Shown in pieces: positions 54,424 through 64,000 of a DNA stretch of 64,000 bases (positions are counted from its first letter, which is position 1; each line of letters opens with the position of its first letter). Where the stretch lies: assembly GCA_964188305.1 (NCBI GenBank), contig OZ076885.1. One strand, 5' to 3'. The position numbers and the translations under genes are program-made. Under the pieces are notes generated by a model. It did not search any database. It saw only the letters and a list, made by a program, of their open reading frames with translations, and was not told where the DNA came from. Origin of the DNA: Podarcis bocagei. Its lineage: Eukaryota.

Positions 54424-55206
54424 TGTCAGGGGTTCAGGGACAGAGGCACAGGTGAGGGGGGAGACGGAGAGCGATGGGGAAGAATCCCAGGACTGTGAGG
54501 AAGAGGATGACAATGACTTGAGGTCTTCCATGAGTCTCTCAAGTGAATCGGAGGATTCCCAGAAGGGGGCGCCCCTAGTCAGGCCAAGGGGGGTCACAGG
54601 GGGGACCTGCCAGGAGCAGGGAAGCAGCAGGGAAACCCCGAGTGGGAGTGGGAGATCGGGGCCGGCTTCCCAGCAGGAACGAAGTGAAGAGAGTGGAGTT
54701 CCCAGTGTGACACACGGAGCGGAGCAGGCAGGAGACAGGGGAAGGAGATCGGGGCAGGACGTCCTGCCGGAAGAGGCGGAGAGTAGTACAGGGAGTAGTG
54801 TAAGTGTCAAGAGGAAGGTCAGGGGTAGCGAACGCGCGCCAAGTTCAAATGTGGAGGCGCGCGGAAATGGAGAGAGCTCGGAGGAGGAGCTTGCCCCCAA
54901 AGTACGAAGGAGGGGGGAACAGGCATCTGAGGAATCCGCTTCGGGAGAGAGCAGGAGGGAAGGAACCCAGGGGGGCAGAAAGACCCTGCGGAAAAGGAAA
55001 GACAGGAAGAGGTGGACTAGCACAAGCCTCTTAAGTTGGTGTAGGGGCGGGACCGATTCAGAGGGGACTTAAAATGTCTAGGCTAAGAGACACGGGGCTG
55101 CGCGCCTCGGTTGTGGAAGCAATAATGAACTGCAATAAACATCCTTGTATATAAGAAGAACCTGGCGTTGGTCTTTTGTGAGCTGAGACCTGAGGCAGCC
55201 CTGACA
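54424..55206 (+). mobile_element. Solo LTR of an LTR retrotransposon/ERV (783 bp)
   Basis: TG...CA ends with inverted tgtcaggg / ccctgaca; 5-bp TSD gctga (54419-54423 / 55207-55211); GC box at 55044; AATAAA at 55134. Confidence 0.88.
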
Positions 55207-55355
55207 GCTGATAACAAACTTTGTCCAGAAATCTACATCACAAATTTTGTGTCTTTGAGCTGAAGCTGCACCAGCCAACCAAGTAGGCTCTTGTCTGAAC
55301 ACAGAGGAGAAAGAGAATCCAAGTGCTACAAAACTGTAATAACACATTGGTTATA

Positions 55356-55597
55356 CAGTGGTACCTCGGGTTACATATGCTTCAGGTTACAGACGCTTCA
55401 GGTTACAGACTCCGCTAACCCAGAAATAGTACCTCAGGTTAAGAACTTTGCTTCAGGATGAGAACAGAAATTGTCCGGTGGCGGCGCAGTGGCAGCAGGA
55501 GGCCCCATTAGCTAAAGTGGTACCTCAGGTTAAGAACAGTTTCAGGTTAAGAACGGACCTCCAGAACAAATTAAGTTCTTAATCTGAGGTACCACTA
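55356..55597 (+). mobile_element. Tc1/mariner-type MITE, family A
   Basis: TA-flanked TIRs. Confidence 0.9.
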
Positions 55598-57176
55598 TAT
55601 ACTAATGTATTCCAGACATCCAGTATGACAGAAAGTGGGCTTTGGATATAATAAAGCTTATTCTGAACCTGACAAAAGATGGGATATTTTATATTTACAG
55701 TAGAAAAATCAGGTGGCTATGGTCTAGTTCACACAATGGTATTTACATGCCTCCAGAAGCCCCCAGATGCCTGTAACAGTAATAGCCCCCCCCCCCCATA
55801 CAGGCAGCCACTGACTTGCAGTTTAGTGCACATTTACTGTGCCATTGTAGAGGTGCCATCAATAGGCTGGTTGGTTGGTAGGGGTTGTATTGCAATTGTA
55901 TGTTCATCACTTGCCAGCCTTTGCAGAGCTCTGTTCAGCCCACATTTCAGCGCATCCATTTGGTTGTGTGAATTAGGGCTATGCACTGAATCTAGCTGAA
56001 CGCCAGATCCTTTATTATTTTTTATTTATTTATATCCAAAGGCCAAATCCTGAACTGAACTGGGCTGATTTGAGCAAATCCAGATTTTGATTGGATCGGA
56101 TGAGTGCCAGGTCCGATCAGGCAGCCTAGGGAGGGAGTAGGTACACAGCCCTAGCAGGAATCTTCTCCATGTACAACCTACTAAGTGATTAGTTTTCAAG
56201 GGTGGGAGGTTAAACATGTAAGACATATTCTAGTTTTAAAATTCCCAACACAGAAATGCCCCCAAAGTAGTACCTGTAGGCTTTAATTGCCACTTGGGTG
56301 CTTTTGGTGCCATTCTCAGTGACACCAAACTGTGTCTCCTACTTGCCAATTGAAAACATGTCTCCTTCCATCTGAAACATAAAACTATTGAAATCTTTCT
56401 GCTGTAGCATATTTATAGGATATTGGGCTTTGTTTTACCCTGTAAAATAGTCAAGTGTAGTCACATTAGCACATTTCATTGTAAGTTAGTAAAAATGAAA
56501 GTTAATATCACCTGATCATAATCATCCATGACAGAAAGTTCCTAATACGATAAAACTTTCATATCATATTAGAAGGAAAAAAAGTCTGTTCCTGCCTGTT
56601 CCAGGTCACTTTCAATGTCGCCCTTGAGCGTCAAATAATTGCACACATTTGTCTCTCTGTATAAAAAGAAGTCCCTTACAGAATTCAATGGAAAACTGAA
56701 GATATTATACTGCACATCACCTTTTGCATTCTCAGAATAATTAGCCCTGTACTAAATTATCAACAATTCATTAATTAGGTTTCATTTCCCTGGGATTTGA
56801 ATTCATATCAGACATATCAGCTTCAAATAAATGTTGGGATCCATGTTTCCCACTTGCAAAAACATCAGCAGGAAGCAAGGGTCTCTGCTTATTTTACTTA
56901 TCTCCTCAGAAAGAGCCTTACTGGCTCAGGGTCCAGTTGATCATGAGAGCTCCTGAGAAGATTATCCTGGCTTGAGGTCATTCATTATCAGAAGAGTCAT
57001 TAACCAGAAGTTTGTGTGCTGGGTTCCACCACTATACTGTTTTGTATGTAATACTGATCATAATTTCACTGAATAAACATTTTAATAAAATACATTTTTA
57101 AATATCCACTTTTCATATTTTGAAACAAAAGAGAGAAAAGAGGAGGAGGGAGTATGAAAAGAAATGGCCAGGTTAC

Positions 57177-57177
57177 A

Positions 57178-57217
<40 letters not shown>

Positions 57218-57225
57218 AGGAAGGA
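57177..57225. repeat. (AAAG)n/(AAGG)n microsatellite
   Basis: Direct observation. Confidence 0.95.
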
Positions 57226-60200
57226 AGTGCCGATTTCAACGGTATCGTTGCCAGTGAAATATTACGAATGCAAAATGTAATTACCTTAATGCTATTTTTG
57301 ATATCATATCAGCAAATTGCACCGAGTCCCCACTGTGACACTTATATTAGGGTAAGAATTATCCTGTTGTGAGTGTCGATCCCAAGGGAAAATGAGGCAG
57401 CACAAATGACTGTGATGCTCCAGCAATTAGCTACCTCAAGACAGCAACCACTTTCAATCTTTTTTTTTTTTAAAAAAAAGATACTTATGGAATGTTTAAC
57501 CTGTAAACATCTAGAGCGTCCCTTTCCAGTTTGTTTTGATATTTTAAAGCAATTAATTCTCTAGAGGTTTTCATGCTACATGTATATCTTCTTTAGCTTT
57601 CTTACCCTTCTTCCTTCCCCATTTGTCTCTCTCTCTCTCTCCCCTGCCACTTTTTAATAAGAATAAAAATCCCTCACTGCTCTTGAAATACGTGCTGTGG
57701 AAATGCGGACGCTTGCAACAAGCATGCCTTATCATTAACACTAATGCCATAATGCCATAAGACAACAATGTAATGTGCTGGAGGATTATATAACTTCATG
57801 TTGAGCAAACAAAAATTAGACCTGCTACAACCCTTTTGATGTGTTTTTTTTAAAAGCTCCCGAGGATTAAGAAGCAGAGACGAAAGAGATGCTTATAGCA
57901 TTACCTTTCCTGGCAAATGCTTTATACTTTGTCTTGGTCTGTGGGAGACGCCAGCATGGACATCAGAATAAGGTTTAAGTCCCAAAAGCTACAGTACTGT
58001 CTCCTGTTTTATAACCATGCAGGGTCTGAGGAAAGCATTGCACTGGAGATGCCATTCAGAATTCAGCAGTATCTTGTACAGTCCATTATTAACACAGCAT
58101 GCGGGTCTCATATTTTATCTCATTGTCAGTCTCTTAAACAGGCTGACTACTCTCTAAGGCTGCCACCTGCCCATTATTTTATGGGATACCCCTTGACTCA
58201 AAAACATTGCAGCCCATAGAAAGTAACCGATGTCTCCTTTTTGTGTTTCACATAGTGTAGAGCCTGTACATTGCTGATGCTAGGGACAAACAAAGGATAT
58301 GTTCTATGGTGTCCTGCGCTGTCCCATGTTGTCCCATGGGATCTAGCATTGCAATTGTCATGTTCTTCCACAAAATGTCCCATATTTATGCACTTCCCTA
58401 TGATACCATACATGCCTACCATACCACCATCCCCAAATAGCCCATTTCCCCCTGAAATTCTTTTCTAGCATCCTTTTTAGCCTCTTTTAATTAGGCTTTG
58501 CACATTTGCCTCTGTCTCAGTCCCAATGAACACAAAGGGACTTACTTGTGAGAAAACATGCCTAGGATTGCATGTTTGTAACCGATTAACGTAAATATTG
58601 CAGCACCTCAATATAGGGTATTTTTGGAAGATATTTGGTAGTGGTTGCTATTTCTGACATCTAAACAACATAACACTGTGTGTTCATTTGTTGTTGGATA
58701 AAGAATCACAAAAGCTTGGCTGAAACAGCTGCTAAGACAGAACGTTGCTGCAATGTCAGTGAAACCCATTAACAGTTTTTAGGGACTTCTTGCCTTAGAA
58801 CTGGATTTCACATCATCCTCAGCCAAAATTTTGAAAAGACTGTCTTTACACCAACAAATCTGGGTGCAACATTTGTACCAGTTGCCAACTTTGAGCATAA
58901 ACAGATTCACATTAGCAGATAGCAAAGACTTGAGTATCATTCCTTCAAAATGCATACAAAGTAAAGGATCTTTTAAGGAAGGTGTGAGGAATCCTTTTCA
59001 GCCCAAGGGCAGTGTCCCTTTATGAGCCACCTTCCATGGGGCGCTTGCCAGTGCTGGGCAGAGCAACAAATGCCTGTTTTAGGTTTGTATAGTTGGTTAT
59101 TTTCTACATACACTCCTCTCTGTCCTTCTCCCAAGCAGATAAAAAACATTGTCAGAGATCAAGAACACATTTTGGTCAGGCAAAACCACTTGAGGATGAG
59201 AAGCAGGACCAGCAAGGGGCATTGCTTGGGGAGAGGATGTGCGGCATGGGGAGATTCCTGAGGGCCGGATAGAGAGACTGGAGGGCCACATTTGACCCCT
59301 GGGCCAGAGGCTCCCAATCTCCATTTTAAGGATATTTATGAGTTCTAGTAAACAAACAATATCTCAGGATCAGCCATGCCTCTTCTGAATAAGGAAATTT
59401 AAGTGGAGTACTGAAAACATTGTGATAACCTTACAATGGAGAGATTTTGGAACTGAAACATAATCGGAAATGTTAACAAGAGCAAAGACGTAGATTTCCA
59501 CATCAAAAATTGTAATTAGATATGCCCTTCTTATGGACTAAGGACATCTTAGAATGCAAATGCTTGAAGTGTTCAGCCATTGGACCATCTAGGCTGAGGT
59601 ACTGCTTCCCCTTTCAGTACATCTATCTCATTATCTGTGGATAGGACAGCAAGAGACCAAGTGGTGTGGAATAATCCTACCGCTTCTCAGAGGAAAAATA
59701 ACAAACAAGAACATTTCACCCTTCCAATAATATTCACTGACTGTAAAAGTGGATAAATGATTCACAGCCTGATCCTATGGACGGGCCTTTGCTGTCATGA
59801 TGCAAGCAATATACCGTAGTTTGCCTGGCTACAATAAATATAATATCTCTTTTCTGGAAAGTGGCACATAGGCTAGCTTGGCCTTCTTTGTCTCAGGAGA
59901 GACAAATTAACTGTCTGTTGTGGGGTACAATGGCCAGTTTTGTCCTGTGAAATTGGATCCTAAAGACCTTAGTTCTAACCCCATCATATTATCTATCATC
60001 TCAGAGGCTTGCTCCACACAAGGATATAAGGAGAGTTGTTGACCCTTCTTTGCTTGCTTGCTTCTTCAAGTCTGTACCAGCAGCGTTGTCATATCTTGAC
60101 CCTTGGATCTTCATGCCAGGCCCTGGAATGCCAGACTTGAACCAGTGGTTCACTGGAGCTGTCCAAAAGTTGCAAAAAGAAACTATATCCAAAGTAGCAA

Positions 60201-61068
60201 GTGGCCTTTATTTGGTAAAATTGTACAATGCCTGCTCTGGGAGTAGAACAACATACTTTCTGTGTCTTCAGAAAAGGAAGCTATTGTTTCTTGTCTTGCT
60301 CTTCAGCTGATCAGAACACATCTAGATGCCTCTCATCTAGCAGAAAAATGGAATATATCATTCTCCATCCATGCATTAGTGATCTGTTGATCCTAAGAGC
60401 CTCTCTCTTGTTCCTCTCCTCTGTAGAAACACACTGTACATGATAGCTCTCTCCTATAATCTATACTTGAGGCTATTAATGTCAATCTAATGCTAAGTCT
60501 ATGCCAGTCTAATCTCCACCAAAGACAATGAGTATAATTATTAATGTTATATGCTCTGCCTATGTGTGTGAAGAAAGAAGCAGGGCAATAAATAGAAGTG
60601 AAATAGCCTGTTATGTGCATAGCTGTAGAAAGGATTCTTACTTAAAAGATTTACCCCTCCATAATAGCGTGCATATGTCACATACTCCTTCAATGGACGT
60701 CTAAGCTTATTTCTCCTCCTGTATATGGTCTTCCCTCAACCCTCATAATGGGTTAGGATGTAGATGGGGTCTTGCTTAGGATTTTAACAAGTTTCTCCAC
60801 TTCTCACTCTGTGGAAAGTGTGCTGCAGTGCTACAGATAGAGTGCACCATTTTCTAAAAATAATGATCAGGATGATGAAAGGGGTCTGTGCAATAGTGAA
60901 AGGACTGCTGCAAACAGAGCAGGCAGCTTTGGAAGCAGCAAGCAGCTTGCACCTTTGCACAACCGCAGGTGAACCCTATTGATTGGAGTGAATCTTATAT
61001 ACCCAGGAGCTCACCCACAGCTGCAGCACCACAGTAATGGTCGAGTCAACATGATTCATCCAGAAGAA

Positions 61069-61297
61069 ATAAAAAAATTCCTTCCAGTAGCACCTTAAAG
61101 ACCAACTAAGTTAGTTCTTGGTATGAGCTTTCGTGTGCATGCACACTTCTTCAGATTCTTCAGAGTGTATCTGAAGAAGTGTGCATGCACACGAAAGCTC
61201 ATACCAAGAACTAACTTAGTTGGTCTTTAAGGTGCTACTGGAAGGAATTTTTTTATTTTGACTATGGCAGACCAACACGGCTACCTATCTGTAACTG
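61069..61297 (+). mobile_element. Penelope-like element remnant with inverted pseudo-LTRs (same family)
   Basis: Nearly identical to the arms of 9863-10310; 12-bp TSD catccagaagaa (61057-61068 / 61298-61309). Confidence 0.85.
61167..61204 (+). ncRNA. Minimal type I hammerhead ribozyme motif
   Basis: Identical to 10221-10258; the antisense copy at 61121-61156 lacks part of stem I. Confidence 0.75.
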
Positions 61298-61670
61298 CAT
61301 CCAGAAGAAGTGAGTGATGGGTTGTGGCCTTAGAATGGCAGGAAAGGAATTCTGATTGGACATTTTGATTGCATAAAACAACTCATATGCACTTTAAAAA
61401 TGTTCATAAATACATTCACACATCTGCAAAAGAGGCATTTTGTAGCATGTGGGATTGGCGGGGGGGAGTAAATATGGTTACTTGGGGAGAGGTCATCACT
61501 CAGTGGTAGACTGCATCCTTTGTGCACAGACGGTCCTAGGCTTATCTACAACGTCTCTAGTTAAAACTACCAGGTGACAGCTGATGGGAAAGACCTCTTG
61601 CCTGAGACCTGGCAGAACTGCTGCCAGTCAGAATAGACTAGATCAGAGAAGAGATGTGTGCCCTTTTATA

Positions 61671-61900
61671 CAGTGGTACCTCTGGTTACGTACTTAATTT
61701 GTTCTGGAGGTCCATTCTTAACCTGAAACTATTCTTAACCTGAAGCACCACTTTAGCTAATGGGGCCTCCCACTGCCACCGCACGATTTCTGTTCTCATC
61801 CTGAAGCAAAGTTATTAACCCGAGGTACTATTTCTGGGTTAGTGGAGTCTGTAACCTGAAGCGTATGTAACCTGAACGTATGTAACCCAAGGTACCACTG
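61671..61900 (-). mobile_element. Tc1/mariner-type MITE, family A (opposite orientation)
   Basis: TA-flanked TIRs. Confidence 0.9.
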
Positions 61901-64000
61901 TATTCCGAATGAAGATTCAACTCCAACTTTTTTCTTCTTGTGATACATGGTTAGCATATTTTACATACATATTTTAGCATATATCACAACTCAACCAATA
62001 CTCTTGCAAGTTCACATTCTTTTTAAATATAGACTTATGATATAGCAATGTTTAACACCTCCTTTTCATATTAGTCCAACAAACCTTAAGTTAGCCTTCT
62101 GTGCAATTTTACATTGTTATAATTTACTATGTGGACAGGCAAATGTATGGTGATAAGTGCAGGAATACATCACACTTGGTATAACTTTTGTTCTGAACAT
62201 AATCTACATCTCAGTTAACAATCCTTCCTCTGGGGGAAGAAAACTACTGAATTAAAGAAACTGACATGCTTAGGATACAATATTCTGATGAATTATAACA
62301 AATTTGAATAGTTCAATGAATTTCAGTATTACTGCTTTTTAATCATATGTGATAACCAAACAAATGTGAATTCTTCCATGCGTTTTTGACCATTTACCTG
62401 TCAATCAGGATGACGCTGATGTTTCTTTTTTGGTACTTGAATGCTTTGGCAGCAGAAACTAATGAGATAAGCCAAATATAACTACAGTGACAGGGTTTGC
62501 CTTGTCCTGCTGTGAATGTTCATATCAGGCTAAATGTTACTGTAACTTCTGGCAATGGACACTGAGATTTATAACATGAGTGGCAAGAGTGTTATAAAGG
62601 GATTAAAACTACTACTGTTATTTATCCTGAATGTCTCCATGCTTGTCTCCATCCTTCAAACCAAAGGGCAGTTTGGGGTTGGAGGAAACCTGAACATAAG
62701 TATCTAAGCCTGCATATTCCTATACCTGGGAATAAGCCCTATTATACTCAGGGGGGCTTATCTGAATCTGAAGCTCTCTGAATCACAAATCTCTCCATGG
62801 CTGTGTACTAAGCACTACTTGCCTCACTTTTATCCCTTCCTCTCCCGCCATCTTTCTATTTTTATGTCAGTTAAGGGTTGTTCAAGAGGAGAGGAGGCAG
62901 GTATTGCTGAGAGTCTGTTTTGCACTGTTGCACTCACAAAAACGTTGTGTTCAACTTTACTTTGCAAATGCATGTGCTTGAGTTCATCCTCCCCCACTTC
63001 CCCTTGGTAAATGCTTGCCTTTTGGTTTGGCCCTATCTTATTTCTTACGAGTGAAGTGACAAGAACATGAACCGATATGAATGCTCCAGATCTGCTGCAC
63101 CCATTGAGCTCCCTTCACTTTCCGCGACATCAAGAGCAATCATTTTGACCTGTATATTTGGGTAAGCGCTTGCTGAACACAATTCTCTCTGGCAACATCC
63201 TTTGCCTCTGAATACCCAGGAGTTATGGGAAATCCCTGCAGCAAATCTCTGCTGGAAGCTTTTCCTCATTGTGCCCCAGGGATGCAGGCAGACTAACCTT
63301 GCTGTATGTGATAGCTGATGGAGCTTGTGGCTGTTTTGCAAATAACTTTTCAACTTTTAAAGGCTGCAGTATCCAAAGCAAGTCCCCACTGAATGCCAGC
63401 CAAAGTAGACTGCCAACCTGAGACATGAAAGTGCCTGATTATGGCCATACATTGAAGTGAAGACACAATGGACAGATCTTTGCTCTGATCCCCTCCATCC
63501 AGATTCCAGAGTGATGCCCGCACTTTACCAAAGTAACTTTTCTGTCCTCAGTCATATGTATATATAGATGAATGTCTTTTTAATTGCAGTCAGAGTTCAC
63601 GTCCCCTGAAATAAATGAGGTCATAGGACACATAAGAATTCAGAACCATTTTGGTGCCGTTTTAGCACCATTATAAAATTAAAAATCCAGCAAATATTCC
63701 ATGCATTTGGAAAACACACACAAACCCTTAGTGGAGAAGAAAAAAAGATTCACACAAATCTCACGGAGCGAAGCATGTTTAAGTAATGTTTGTGATCAGA
63801 TCATCTAAATGTGGCTCATTTGGGCTTCTTAAAGAGGTTTTGAAAAATATTCAGCTAAAATTAATGAATGCAACCACAGCTTAGTGACAACTGAGTCTCA
63901 TTAAAAAGAATGGCGTAGGAAGTTCCCTTAATTTCAATGGAATGTAGTCATGAGTAACTGTTGCTAGATTATTCCCCAATGACTACAATTCAACACAGAA

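Noticed and set aside
54379-55023. 214-aa antisense ORF in the LTR
   Set aside because: Leu/Ser/Pro-rich mirror of a purine-rich strand; best explained by composition

Overview
Vertebrate (squamate) genomic DNA, most likely a lacertid lizard such as Podarcis/Lacerta, inferred from the Sauria-type SINE, Squam3-like SINE and BovB repeats. The only host protein-coding gene I can support is RCN1 (reticulocalbin-1, + strand). It has six GT-AG coding exons between 31016 and 43771, a 984-nt CDS and a 327-aa product with signal peptide, six EF-hands and C-terminal HDEL, behind a CpG-island promoter. In human, RCN1 lies between PAX6 (5' side, head-to-head) and WT1 (3' side), so the flanks probably carry long-range enhancers; several TE-free, CNE-like blocks are flagged, but conservation cannot be shown from one sequence. 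The rest is transposon-rich: TA-flanked Tc1/mariner MITEs, hAT MITEs, SINEs, CR1/L2/BovB/L1 fragments and a solo LTR. Most notable: (1) two TSD-flanked Penelope-like inverted insertions (9863-10310, 61069-61297) carrying minimal hammerhead ribozyme motifs on both strands; (2) a solo LTR (54424-55206) whose putative U3 is a single stop-free, acidic/basic ORF; (3) a twin-primed, 5'-inverted L1 insertion. Nearly all other ORFs in the supplied track are spurious. Repeat family names come from recall, not from a database search.
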